From the human T2T-CHM13v2.0 reference genome, Homo sapiens, in assembly GCF_009914755.1 (NCBI RefSeq), contig NC_060933.1: DNA of 64,000 nucleotides; one strand, written 5' to 3'. A model generated the notes under the pieces. That model did not search any database, was not told the origin of the DNA, and saw only the letters and a program-made list of their open reading frames with translations. Below, piece by piece: positions 34,077-57,015 of this stretch; positions within the stretch are counted from its first letter, which is position 1, and the number at the start of each line of letters is the position of its first letter. The translations under genes were made by a program, and so were the position numbers.

Positions 34077-34423
34077 CGGGGGTCCCCAACCCCTGAACTG
34101 CAGACCAGTACTGGTCCACGGCCTGTTAGGAACCCAGCTGTACAGCAGGAGGTGAGTAGCCAGGGAGCAAGAGCATTACAGTCTGAGCTCCACCTCCTGT
34201 CAGATCTGCGCAGCATTAGATTCTCATAGGAGCATGAACCCTATTTTGAAATGCGCATGCGAGGGATCTAGGATGCATGCTCATTATGAGAATCTAATGC
34301 CTGATGATCTTAGATGGAAGAGTTTCATCCCAAACCCACCCCCCTGACACCCCCACCACCATCTGTGGAAAAATCGTCTTCCACGAAACCAGTCTTTGGT
34401 GCCAAAAATGTTGGGGACCACTG
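34077..34423 (+). mobile_element. MER1B (hAT-Charlie)
   Basis: GGGGTCCCCAACCCC ... GTTGGGGACCACTG with 8-bp TSD ATTTAAAA (34069-34076, 34424-34431). Confidence 0.9.
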
Positions 34424-35299
34424 ATTTAAAAATTTTAGCTAATTTAATAAGTAGAAATAGAATACCCTACTTTAGTCAGTTCTCTGATTAATGAGTTGAA
34501 CTTTTCTCTGTATTCATTAGATATATTTCCTCTTCTGTTAACTGTTTATTCATGTTATTTGCTCACTTATCTATCATGGTCTTACCATTCTCACCAATTA
34601 GTGAGCTTTAACGTGATAAAGGTATTTGTTGTTTATGTTTGCTGCAAAGAATTCTTTTACCAACTTTTTTTTTTTAAAGAGAGGGGTTCTCATTCTGTCA
34701 GGCTGGAAAAGTGGCATGATCACAACTCACTGCAGCCTTGAACTCCTGGGCTCAAGCAGTCCTTCTGTCTCAGCCTTCCAAGTAGCTGTGACTATGTCTA
34801 TTTTGGATTATAGCTTTATAGGTTTCTTTTCATCTTAAGTTCCGTTCTCGAGTGATGAAATCTGTTTACCTTTTCCTTGGTGTTTAATCTCTAAGTTTGG
34901 GAAGACTATCAGGTTTGATAGATTATATTATCTCCCAGTGTTTTTCTATTATCTTAAAATATCTAACTTTCTATCTGAAATTATGCTACATAAAATATGG
35001 GAGCAGGCTCTGATCTGACCTCTCCCCCGCAATTCTAAAGTCAGTGTCCCAACATCATATACTAAATGTATTTTTCTCTTATTCCTAGGTTTTGTGGTAT
35101 TCCCCATTGTCATCCGTGGAATTATTATAAATAACAGAATTGGGTTTTTGCACTGTTGTTGCACTGGTTGCAACAGATGTTCTTGTGTCCACTACCAAAA
35201 TGATGCAAATTATAGGTCTTTATTAAATGCAGTATTTCTAAGACTAGTATGCTCTCAACATTCTTCCTTTCCAAAGTTTCTTTGCTAAATATATTTTTT

Positions 35300-35637
<338 letters not shown>

Positions 35638-36965
35638 TAATTACATTTACAGCTTCAACTACTACTATAATTTCCAAATCTATAATTTTAGCCAAAACCT
35701 CTAGGTTAAGGTCCAGATTCACAGATCCAAGGGCCTATACTGCAAGTTTCCACTTGTATGTCCCACAGGAACTTCAAAACATCTAAAAACGGATCATTTC
35801 CCCTATCCCTAGTTTCTACCCCAGCCCCCAACAAATCTGTCCTTCTTATATTTTCTACCAAGTCACTCAAACCAGAAACTAAAGGGAAACGAAACCTAGA
35901 ACCAAAACCTCACTTGCTCTTCACATCTAACCAATTAAATGTAGAACACATGAGTTTATTTCCACTGTCTCTAGAAAATCCACTGAAGTGATGGTAATTA
36001 AGGAATAAAAAAGATACATGCCCCAAAAGACAAAGAGAATGGGAGAACAGCAAGAAAAAAATGTTAGTTAAATTTTAGAAGGTGAAAAGTGAATGGACTA
36101 GTGGAAACCAAAAACAGAGAAAACCGAAACCTAATTGTACAAGGTGAAGAAGGGGAAGCCACAAGAAGCAAGCCAAACTACCTTGCAAAACTCCAAAAAG
36201 GCTTAGGAACTGGAGGAATCACATACCCTTCAAGCACAAGGCATGCTTCAGGGCTGAAAACAGGGGCAATATTAAAGTCTGCATAAGGAGCATTTAGCTA
36301 CCACGACTTCTCCCAACCCTGAGCAACCACCTCGCCTTAGCCTCAAGAGAAATCAGGTGATGTATATTCTGGAAAGGTTGAGGTCCTAGGCTCTGAAAAT
36401 CTCAGTAGAGCTGAGGACAGGGTGGAGGTGAGAAGCCACAATGAAAACTGGGGGCTTCAGTGTACACTGGTATGCTGAACAGTGAGATTTCTCTATCCTC
36501 CACTCCTACCTGCATCCTCTCAGCTCTCACTCTCAAGATATGGTTTAGGCAAGAACTACTCTCCAAGCAGGAACTACTCTCTGGAAAAGCTGACCAGCCC
36601 AAGAGAACATTTCTGCAGAGAATGACAAATGAGGATCCCCATCCTATCATCCCAGGCTGAAGTCTATCAGTTCTCAAACTCCTCTTTCCAACCACCCAAC
36701 CTGACATACCATAGCAGAGAGCTCTAAATATTTGAGGAAAACTCCCACATATGGTCAGCAAAACAAACAGGGAAGGGGAAAACTCAGAGAAAAAGAAAAA
36801 ATAGGAATACAGGGACAATGCAGGAAGGATAATAAAACTTTAAACATTTAAAGAGAAAGAAAGATACACGGTATTACAGACACAAATAAAATCTCAAAAA
36901 TTTATTTCTATGCTTCCTTTCTCAGGAAGTTACTGGACTCAGTACTCCCACAAAATGAGGGTCTA

Positions 36966-37486
<521 letters not shown>

Positions 37487-38035
37487 CTAGTCCTGATGGG
37501 AACAAAAAGAGAAGGGCCTCAGGAAAGATATCAGCAAGCGGAAAAAAAAGGACTTTTGACGGTTCTACTAGAAATACTCAGGCTGGACTAGCAGAAGTGC
37601 ATAGAAAACTAGGCAAAAGAAAAAATAAGCAATAATTATTGCAAATCATAAAAATTTATGTAAGAAATTACATGTAATTATTTTTTAGCTGTGAACAATA
37701 GCTATATAAAAATAACTATGTAAACATTGAATATAGATTGAACCAAAAGTTGTGATACAGCTCTACTGAAAATCCAGAAGAAGAGTAAGTGTGTATTGAG
37801 GAGAGTGGGTATAAGACAAATCATTTTTCGCTGAAGAAAGTTAGTTGCTAATGACCAAAAAAAAAAAAAAAAAAAAAAAAAAATCAGGTAATAACAGTAT
37901 AAACATGGTATTCAGCTATGGAGCTAAGTCAGGAAAGTTAAGAATCAGAGGTGGAGAAGGGAAGCACATGGGACTGTTTTTCACTGTAAGCCCTGAAGTA
38001 CTACTTAAACGATGCACTGCTATTAGTTTGATTAA

Positions 38036-38493
<458 letters not shown>

Positions 38494-39069
38494 TAATATA
38501 TCTATTACTCTAAGTAGCTTTATAATAATGACCATGCTGGCAACACTATTAGTAATTTTTTAAAAAATCATCACCAGCAGCTACCATTTACTATTTACAA
38601 GGTGCCAGGAAATGTATAAAGTGTTTATGAACATTATTTCTCTTAATCCTTACTCTCAATACTGTGACGAGTAAATGGGACCAGAAAAGTTAAGTAATTT
38701 GCCAAGACTATATAGCTGGTAAATGAGAAAGCCTGGATTCTAACTAGGATGGGCATTTGTTCCAATCTTTCCAGGACAGTTACTATTTGCACTTGGTGTT
38801 CTGGCATAGGGATCAACTGTACTCTCAACGATATTCCAGACAGGATGATAAATTCTATGGTAACCCTAATTCTAACTGACTCCAGAGCTTGTTCTTAACC
38901 ACTAATCTATATTGCCTCTCCCAGGAAAGAGGGAGAGTGGAACAGCACAGTTACTGGAATAAGCAACTCTGTAGGTAGTCCCCAATTCTTAGGGTGTACA
39001 ATTTCTTCAGCTAAGACATAGTTTATACATAGGAAATTAGGAAATTGTACCAGGAGTTCACTTTTTAAA

Positions 39070-39363
39070 TTTATTTTTATTTTTGGAGACAGGGTCTCAC
39101 TCTGTTGCCCAAGCTGGAGTATAATGGCATGATCATAGCTGTCATCTCAATCTTCTGGGCTCCAGTGATTGTCCCACCTCAGCCTCCCAAGTAACTGAGA
39201 CCACAGGCACACCCCACCATAACCCGCTAATTTTTTTACTTTTTGTAGAGACAGAGTCTCACAATGTTGCTTAGGCTGGTCTCCAACTACTAGGCTCAAG
39301 TGATTCTCCTGCCTCAGCCTCCCAAAGTGCAAGGATGACAGGTGTGAGCCACCACACCTGGCC
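39070..39363 (-). mobile_element. AluJ starting about 19 nt after the SMU1 exon 4 donor
   Basis: Alu consensus. Confidence 0.85.
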
Positions 39364-39382
39364 TCTACAGGAATTGAATTAC

Positions 39383-39493
39383 CTGTCCCAGCAATGCCAT
39401 GAGACGAGATGGAGGCACCACACTGACTTCGCCAGCTAAGGCCTGGGCAATTGCTGCTCTTCTCTTTTCTTTGCTACTTCCATCTGGGTATGC
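39383..39493 (-). CDS. SMU1: SMU1 exon 4 ([37 protein letters not shown])
   Basis: ttcag| ... CAG|gtaatt, 111 nt. Confidence 0.97.
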
Positions 39494-40025
39494 CTGAAAA
39501 AGGAGAGGGTGTAGCATCATTTCCAAGAAGCAACAACAAGATATGAGTGTGCTTATTTAAAACAAACAAGCAGAAGCATACACAGAGGAAAATGTGAAAA
39601 GAAATTACCCAGTTAAAGAAGGGATTAGTTGAACTAATTTAGTTTTTGAAAATGACTTCCCAATTCTGCCCGCTTGCATTTCAAAAGTATGAGTTGGGAG
39701 AAAACTGAGGTCAGCCAATCCACACTATTATTATTTTTTCACTGAGTTCCTGGCCAAAGGACACACTGCTATTTTTCTGAAAAGAGTCCAAGTAAACCAC
39801 ATTAAACCCAGAGTTGTTCTTCCAGTTTTTGAAAAATTTGCAGAACCAAGAATTCTTTTATACTCTTTAGTAATTTCTTAAATGGCTCCCAGCACAGAAG
39901 TGCTTCACCACCTCTAAGTTAAATCCTGTCCTGGTAATCTAAAATCCTTTCCTTTATCCTCATAGATTTTGTAGGTTTACTCTAACATTCTATTATCCAG
40001 TGCCTATTAAGTTCTTCTTCCTCCT

Positions 40026-41712
<1,687 letters not shown>

Positions 41713-41777
41713 ATTTTTTTTAATCCTTTTTCCTCCTATTTTGACAAACCTCTAGTAAAAGGCTGGGGGGGTGGGCA

Positions 41778-41852
41778 GGAAGAATGAAACCATACAGATA
41801 ATAAGGTTTAGGAAGAATGAAACTATACAGATAATAACGTTTTGGAAGAATA
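41778..41852. repeat. 33-bp tandem repeat, about 2.3 copies
   Basis: GGAAGAATGAAAC(C/T)ATACAGATAATAA starts at 41778 and 41811, partial copy at 41844. Confidence 0.85.
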
Positions 41853-42295
41853 AAAGACTATCATCATGCTCTACTGGTAAGCATAATCCGCTAAGAAACA
41901 AAAGCTTCTAGGGACTAAAAAGGCTAGAAGGAAACTACAATTGTTAGGGGCAAGACACACAAATGATCAGTGAACATACCAGCAGTCAGGCAGCACTTCG
42001 GGGAGGGCTAATGTGGAAATGACATCAGAATAAAATGTTCTGCTTTTTTTACTAACCAACACGCAATCCTCTAAACTGAGGTGTATAGAAGACTCAAATA
42101 ATCAGAAAACTGAACAAAATTATTCTCTTTAACATACGCAAATTTCAGCCAACATATATAAACAGAGAAGCATCATTCTCAAAAATTAAATCAAAATCAC
42201 AAAGAGTATACAATAAAATGGTAAAAAAAAAAAAAAAAGATCATGTTATTTCATTTCCAAAGTTAACAAAAAGTTCCTTTTCATTACCACAGTCA

Positions 42296-42490
<195 letters not shown>

Positions 42491-42610
42491 TCAACACACC
42501 GTCTTATTAATATTTTTCGGTAAAATATCTAACACAGATATGGCCTGTCAAAGGATTTCCAATACCAGGAAGTGCCCCTTTCCATTTTCACTAGCAATTT
42601 CAGGTGGACT

Positions 42611-43962
<1,352 letters not shown>

Positions 43963-44094
43963 GGAAAGAATTTTAATTTGGGAAATCCTGGATTTTCCAA
44001 GAAGGGAGAAAAAATACAATGTCAAGCCTTGCCATTGTTGTATGGGCTGATGCAGCCCTACCGTGCTTGAAGGAATGCTCACTGACGCTTTTTA

Positions 44095-44403
<309 letters not shown>

Positions 44404-44739
44404 TCACCAGAGGTCAAAAATAAAGCCTATCAAGCTCCTACTCAATCATCTTCCTTTCACTACTATTTCTTTATCATGTGAGTAAAATTTTCCAAAATCA
44501 CAGAATCTAAATTATAAGGGGACCCCCCCTAACCATAGAGACAGAACTGGGGTTCAAGGAAAGGAAATCATTTGCCTAATGTCTCAGTCAGCTAGAAAGG
44601 GAGTTGGTGTCAAGGTGACTATCTTATTTCCTAATCCAGAGCCTAGTTTCCTATTCATTCTTGTAATTATATTGTAGCACACTTCACTGAAATACTTTAA
44701 ATGACTAGACTAGTTATTTATACAAAATAATCTAAATGA

Positions 44740-45985
<1,246 letters not shown>

Positions 45986-46538
45986 TCATGGCCCCTTTAT
46001 GAGGTATGCAGGTATCCAGACTTAGACCCCTGTTATTCTGCTATGATACTATCTTCCTTAGCACATGTCCGTTGACTTCCATTTTACACTCCCAAAATAA
46101 GTCATCTCTCTCCTCAAACAGCTCACATTTGACATAGCCAAAATCAAATTCCCTACCTTCAAACAGAAATGAATACATAAAGAGCTAGAAGCTTTGAAGA
46201 TAGTCTGGGATTTGAATCAAAGTTATGTGACCTTGGACAAGTAGGTTAACATCATTTCAGTATTTGCTGAATGCATAAACCTCCCTTCCTCCTATGAAAA
46301 GTCTCCAAAAAAGGTCCTCTCCCTCCCTTACACTCAGACACAATTTTTATGTCTGTTAATTTAATTATTATTAAGTGTTGGCAAGGACAGGTGGAGGATG
46401 GAGTTCTGGAAAAGCACACTAAGGTCTTCTTTAGTCACTAATTCTCATCCCCTATTCCTTGAAAATTTTTCTTTCTAGCCCAGTCTCCAGTCTGTCTCTC
46501 CCCAGACAACCCAAAATTCCGTGCCAGATCGGGCCTGA

Positions 46539-46586
46539 TAGTTGTTCATTCATTCCAAAAGCTAGTTGTTCATTCATTCCAAAAGC
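46539..46586. repeat. Perfect 24-bp tandem duplication
   Basis: TAGTTGTTCATTCATTCCAAAAGC x2. Confidence 0.95.
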
Positions 46587-46859
46587 AATTAACTCTTCCT
46601 CTAAGGTATGCTAGACACTGAGACCACAAGGAAAAGGAGCTCCTAGGCACCGACAAAGGCTAGTTTGGGGTGAGGTTATCAAACAGTGACAATACTGAGT
46701 GATAAACGCTAGGCAGAGAAAAGCAAAGGGGCCGTATAAGCAGAGACAACGAATCACATTGCATAAGCTGGACAGGGAGAGAAGCAAGGCTTAAAGAGAC
46801 CTATCCCCTTGCGCAGATAATTAGACTGGAGTCCAGAGTGGATCCTTAATTTGGTCAAT

Positions 46860-47420
46860 CACAGCGCGCCAGCAGTCGGCCAAGGACAGAACTTAGGTCT
46901 GCAAGGTGTGTTTTCCCCACCCGTGCCACCTCCCTCGAGGTTTTGGGCTTCACGTCTGAGAGCTGCTACTTTCCTGTGGGCCCACCTCCGAGGTAGCGAG
47001 ATCCAAGATGCTTCTTTGGGGGCAAGGAAATGGCCCTCCACTCCCTGGCCTCTCGGATGCCTTCTCCCGAGTACCCTCCGCCCCACACCCTTAACCTCCA
47101 GGCCCCCGGCAAGGCGCGAACATCCCCACCGCAGGACTCACTCCGAAGATTCGATTTCGATCGACATAGCCGTATCTCTCCGGGAGCAGGCCCCAGCTCT
47201 CCCTCAAGGCCAGTCGCGCAACACACCAACGACACCTCCGGCGGACACCTAACGTCACTTCCGCTTGGGTCGGCGTCTGGCTCCCGCTCTGGAGATAGAG
47301 TGAACGAAGAGTAGGGGCGAGGTTCGCGTAGGGGCGGAGCCCTCAGGGGCTGTCAGAGGGCGGAGTTTATGCCCCTGCCCCAGAGAAATACGCATCAGGA
47401 GGAAGACTGTTTAAAAGCAG
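46860..47420 (-). promoter_or_regulatory. SMU1: SMU1 CpG-island promoter
   Basis: CpG-dense; overlapping ETS/CRE motif CGGAAGTGACGT at 47252-47263 (- strand); GC boxes GGGCGGAG at about 47332 and 47358. Confidence 0.9.
47142..47167 (-). CDS. SMU1: SMU1 exon 1 coding part (MSIEIESSD)
   Basis: ATG at 47167, donor GA|gtgagt, inside CpG island. Confidence 0.96.
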
Positions 47421-47426
47421 GCCGGA

Positions 47427-48462
47427 GCCGGGTGCGGTGGCTCACGCTTGTAATCCCAACACTTTGGAAGGCCGAGGCGGGCGATCACCTGAGGTCGTGA
47501 GTTCGAGACCAGCCTGACCAACATGGAGAAACCCCCGTCTCTACTAAAAATACAAAATTAGCCGGGCGTAGTGGCGCATGCCTGTAATCCCTACTCGGGA
47601 GCCTGAGGCAGGAGAATCGCTTGAACCCAGGAGGCGGAGGTTGCGGTGAGCCGAGATCGCGCCATTGCACCCCAGCATGGAAAACAAGAGCGCAACTCCG
47701 TCTCAAAAAAAAAAAAAAAAAAAAAAGAAAGATAGAAAAGAAAAAGAAAAAAAGCACCGGGCGCCATACAGCTCACAAATGTACTGAAAAAGAAAAGCGC
47801 TGGGGCGGAGCGCGGTGGCTCGCGCCTGTACTCCCAGCGCGCGAGTTCGAGACCAGCCTGGGCAACATGGTGAAGCCCCGTCTCTACTAAAAATACAAAA
47901 AATTAGCCGGGCGTGGTGGCGGGGGCGCCTGTAATCTCAGCTACTCGGGAGTCTGTGGCAGGAGAATCGTTTCACCTCTGGAGGTGGATGCGGTGAGCCG
48001 AGATCACACCATTGCACTCCAGCCTGGGCAAGGAGAGCAAAATTCCGTCTCAAAAGAAGAAAAGAAAAGTAGTGGTGATAAGATTGTAGTAAGAAAAGCA
48101 AAGAAAAGAAAGAAGAAAAGAAAGAAAAGAAAAGAAAGAAAAGAAAGAGCACTGGTTTGGAAAGATTGCTTTTTTTTTGAGACGGAATCTCGCACTGTCG
48201 CCCGGGCTGAAGAGCACAATGGCGCGATCTCGGCTCACTGCAAACTCTGCCTCCCGGGTTCAGGAGATTCTCTTGCCTCAGCCTCCGGAGTAGCTGGGAT
48301 TACAGGTTTCTTGCCATCACGCCAGGCTAATTTTTTGTATTTTTAGTAGAGATGGGATTTCACTATGTTGGTCAGGCTGTTCTCGAACTCCTGACCTCGT
48401 GATCCGCCCGCCTCGGTCTCCCAAAGTGCTGGGATTACAGGCGTGAGTCACTGCGCCCAGCC
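47427..48462. mobile_element. Promoter-proximal Alus: AluSp (+, about 47427-47755), AluS (+, about 47802-48060), AluS (-, about 48170-48462)
   Basis: Alu consensus, CpG-rich. Confidence 0.88.
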
Positions 48463-48464
48463 AA

Positions 48465-52014
<3,550 letters not shown>

Positions 52015-52020
<6 letters not shown>

Positions 52021-52028
52021 GAGGGCAG
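52015..52028 (+). promoter_or_regulatory. CTCF core motif CCAGCAGAGGGCAG
   Basis: Matches consensus CCASYAGRKGGCRS; adjacent CpG-retaining patch 51920-51980. Confidence 0.6.
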
Positions 52029-52374
52029 GACAGTCACAGAAAAACTACCATTGTAAACCTAGCCTCCAAATGTCTAACTGGTTAAGGAAAAGAGGTGGAG
52101 GGGAGAGAGATTCTTGGTCCTGCGGATAAAGGAAGTACTGTAGAAGGGAAAGTCAATATTTGAGTGCCAAAATGGGGCAAAAGGTTCGTTTTATTTTCTA
52201 TTAAACTAGACCAGTTTCTTCTAACAGGATATAATAAGGCAAAGCAGAGAAAAAAATCACATAATTCTATGTGCTTTTTGCAGAACATGAATTTTAAGTT
52301 ATGAGAGTTAAATGAGTTAATTCATACAAAACACAACAGTGCCTGGCATGTAGCGAGCACTAAGTAAGAGTTTG

Positions 52375-52528
52375 TTGTTATTGTTGTTGTTGTTGTCGTT
52401 GTTGTTGTTGTAGAGATAGCGTCTTGCTATGTTGCCCAGGCTGGTCTTGAACTTCTGGCCTCAAGCCATTCTCCCTCCTCGGCTTCCCAAAGTGTTGGGA
52501 TTGCAGGTGTGAGCCATCATACCTGGCC
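52375..52528 (-). mobile_element. FLAM monomer with (TTG)n tail, beside a MIR fragment (about 52295-52375)
   Basis: Alu monomer; MIR motif ACAGTGCCTGGCATGTAG..AGCACT. Confidence 0.75.
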
Positions 52529-53981
52529 TATTATTATATATTAAGATGTCAAAGCCCTTCTATTATTTATGCTTCTTACCACAATAAGAAAATAAATACT
52601 ATAAGTCAAAATAAAGTCTAAAACTGGTCTGTTTTGGAGTGAGGAACTCCTCTCTTTAGTGTGATACTGCTGTCACAGATGGGCTTGTACCCTGCTCATG
52701 CTCCACCAGCTGGAAGCTGGCTGGTCTCCAGTAGTCCACTTTGTCTGGACCCCTGAAATCCCTGTCCATGTCTCATTGGCCAGTTCAGCCTCCGTGATGC
52801 AAAGCTGCTACGGTGTGTGTAGCCAGCATCTCCTTTATTTACACAGAAAGGGTTCCTCCCTCAAGGCTGGCGCTCAAATGGGGACCTGTTTCCCACACCA
52901 CGACTTGTTAGCATTTGTGGTTCCAGAGGCTTCCCTTAGCACACCTTTGATCTGGGATCTGTACAAACAGAATACACAGGGCCAGGCCGCAAGAGTGCCA
53001 GCAGCTACCTGCACTTTCCCCACAGGGAAAGTGCTTTCCCACTGTTGTCCTTTTTCTAAAATAGCATCTCTCATCTCCCTACTCAGACTGCTTTTCTACT
53101 TTCCAGGGACTCTAGGGCACAGAATAAGTCTTAAATTTGTATGCCTGGGATGCTTGATCTTTCACAAGACAGAGGGGAGGGTTCCAGCCTCGTTCCCCAT
53201 TTTATCCCTACCCTTGGAGCCGTCTGGGATCCTCCATTCTCTAATTGCAATGAACAGTTTTGGGGGTGTCTGGCAAGCTCACAGTTCCCCTTTCTTTCTT
53301 CCTTCCTATCATGTATAGTGAGAAGAGAAGTACTTTGATAAAATGTGGCTTTCGGCGACCCCACCCTGTGGTCACTAAAGATACACACACAGGAACAGGT
53401 AAGAAATACACATATAGGCATGTGCACATACACAGGTAAGACATGCATATACAGAAACACATAAAATAATGTGGCAGACATGGAAACTTTGACGCACACA
53501 AAGACACACACCCCCACAATCCTGTGGCTTAAGGAAGTAAGATTTTCCCCCGGGTATTGTTTTTCTTGTTGACTCTGGTCACTGTGGTGCCCACGTGGCA
53601 CATCCACAGTTCTTAGAAAAAGGACAGAAGCACAAAGCCTCTACCAAGTTAGAAACAAAGGCCCTGGCACAGCCCAGCCCTGGCTCACCAGTCCAGGATG
53701 CCTGTCCTACCTTCATCTCCTGGAACTGTAGTTCTGGCTCAAATGGTGCCCCAGGGGATCTCAGCCAAGGAAAACAGAGGCTGCCCAGGCACTGAGTGCC
53801 ACTGGGCCAGCTGGCCCAGACCAAACATTCAAGCTCTGATGCTCAGAGCCCCCACCGTCTGCAACCCAAGCATCTCTTTCCCACACAGGCCAGCCTTACC
53901 TCATGTAGCAGCCTGCTGCGGAGGCGAAACCAAGGGTGAGGAGGGTGAGGTTGGAGAGATAGGTTAGAAAATGGGGTTGGG

Positions 53982-54274
53982 CATCATTCTGAGCAAACTA
54001 TCGCAAGGACAGAAAACCAAACACCGTATGTTCTCACTCATAGGTGGGAATTGAACAATGAGAACACTTGGACATGAGGTGGGGAACATCACACACCAGG
54101 GCCTGTCGTGGGGTGAGGGGAGGGGAGAGGGATAGCATTAGGAGAAATACCTAATGTAAATGATGAGTTAATGGGTGCAGCACACCAACATGGCACATGT
54201 ATACATATGTAACAAACCTGCACGTTGTGCACGTGTACCCTAGAACTTAAAGTATAATAATAATTAAAAGAAAA
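53982..54274 (+). mobile_element. 5'-truncated L1PA 3' end with 16-bp TSD
   Basis: L1PA 3'UTR; TSD AGAAAATGGGGTTGGG at 53966-53981 and 54275-54290. Confidence 0.92.
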
Positions 54275-54570
54275 AGAAAATGGGGTTGGGGAGCAAGAGG
54301 TATGACTAAGTAGGGGGGTGACATGTTTAAATTTCCACGTTTGAGTGCCCAACACATGGAACAGTGCCTGACACACAATAAATGTGAATGGCTCTGGTAG
54401 CTTCATGAAAAGGGGGCTGGAAACTGATGGTCCTGATGGCAGGAAGCTCAGTCAGGAGCATCCGATCATGTGAGAGTTGGGTGGGGGCTTGCTCTGGGGC
54501 TGAGGATGAGGTAGGAGTGAAAAGAGAAAGAAATGGAAGTGACTGTGGATGTGATAAGAAAGGCTGTTTA

Positions 54571-54884
<314 letters not shown>

Positions 54885-55526
54885 CTAATTAAAACAGTAG
54901 TAAGGCAGACATAGAAAGCCAGCTTGTTAATTTACTGTGAGAAACATACCTGTCATGAGGATGGGAAATACATGCATCAGCATAGGCGTTCCCATCAGCA
55001 TACAAACATGATCTGGTCTCTCTCACTCTTAAAATTCTTCCTTGACCTATATCATTTCTCTTCATACTCCACCTCATTTCTTTGCTTTCCTTCATAGCCA
55101 AACTTCTAGAAAGAGTTGCCCCCAAAATGCTGTTTGTACTCCCTCAATCTGTTCACGCCCACCCTATTCCAATCTGACTTTCATCTCTACTATTCCCTGA
55201 GGTCTTCTCATGTCAAAGTCACTGATGATTTTCCTGTTGCCAAATCCAAGAGGCTTACCTAGTTCTTCATCTAGAGGAAATGGAGACTCAGCAGGTTAAA
55301 CAGAGTTTCACTTCTTGCAATTTGGTCCAGCCCCCTCATGAGGACAACTGGAAAATAAGAAACAAATCTGCTTATAGGCATAGAAGAGATAATAAATTGG
55401 TGTTTGGGACTACTTTTTACCTGGAGGGAATTTGTCCATGCTCAAATGAATGACCAGAGGAAGATGGCTTTTTTAAACAGGAGGACAGTTATTGAAGTTT
55501 AGGGCTAGCCAAAATAAGAAGCCCTG

Positions 55527-55999
<473 letters not shown>

Positions 56000-57015
56000 G
56001 GGCTCCTGGTTCCAAGATGGCCTAATAGGAACAGCTCCAGTCTACAGCTCCCAGCGTTAGTGACGCAGAAGACGGTGATTTCTGCATTTCCAACTGAGGT
56101 ACCAGGTTCATCTCACTGGGGCTTGTTGGACAGTGGGTGCAGTCCACAGAGTGTGAGCCAAAGCAAGGTGGGGTGTTGTCTCACCCAGGAAGCACAAGGG
56201 GTCAGGGAATTCCCTTTCCTAGCCAAGGGAAGCCGTGACAGATGGTACCTGGAAAATCGGGACACTCCCACCCTAATACTATACTTTTCCAATGGCCTTA
56301 GTAAATGGCACACCAGGAGATTATATCCCGCGCGTGGCTCGGGGGGGTCCCAGGCCCACAGAGCCTCACTCACTGCTAGCACAGCAGTCTGAGATCAAAC
56401 TGCAAGGCAGCAGTGAGGCTGGGGGAGGGGCATCTGCCATTGCTGAGGCTTGACTAGGTAAACAAAGCAGCTGGGAAGTTCGAACTGGGTGGAGCCCACC
56501 GCAGCTCAAGGAGGCCTGCCTGCCTCTGTAGACTCCACCTCTGGGAGCAGGGCATAGCTGAACAAAAGGCAGGAGAAACTTCTGCAGACTTAAACGTCCC
56601 TGTCTGACAGCTTTGAAGAGAGTAGTGGTTCTCCCAGCACAGAGTTTGAGATCTAAGAACGGACAGACTGCCTCCTCAAGTGGGTCTGTGACCCCCGAGT
56701 AGCCTAACTGGGAGATACCTCCAAGTAGGGGCAGACTGACACGTCGTACAGCCGGGTGCCCCTCTGAGACGAACCTTCCAGAGGAAGGATTAGGCAGCAA
56801 CATTTGCCGTTCTGCAATATTTGCTGTTCTGCAGCCTCTGCTAGTGATACCCAGGCAAACAGGGTCTGGAGTGGACCTCCAGCAAACTCCAACAGACCTG
56901 CAGCTGAGGGTCCTGACTATTAGAAGGAAAACTAACAAACAGAAAGGACATTCACACCAAAACCCCATCTGTACATCACCACCATCAAAGACCAAAGGTA
57001 GATAAAACCACAAAG

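Noticed and set aside
41778-41852. 33-bp repeat superficially CRISPR-sized
   Set aside because: Adjacent copies without spacers in a human intron; ordinary minisatellite.
52698-53318. 206-aa + strand ORF in non-repeat DNA
   Set aside because: No recognisable homology, splice or promoter support by eye; blastp and PhyloCSF would be needed to revive it.
53380-53520. CA-rich stretch producing C/V-rich ORFs
   Set aside because: Degenerate (CA)n low-complexity sequence.
56366-57013. 215-aa - strand ORF
   Set aside because: Antisense reading of the L1 5'UTR; only its last 24 codons correspond to ORF0.
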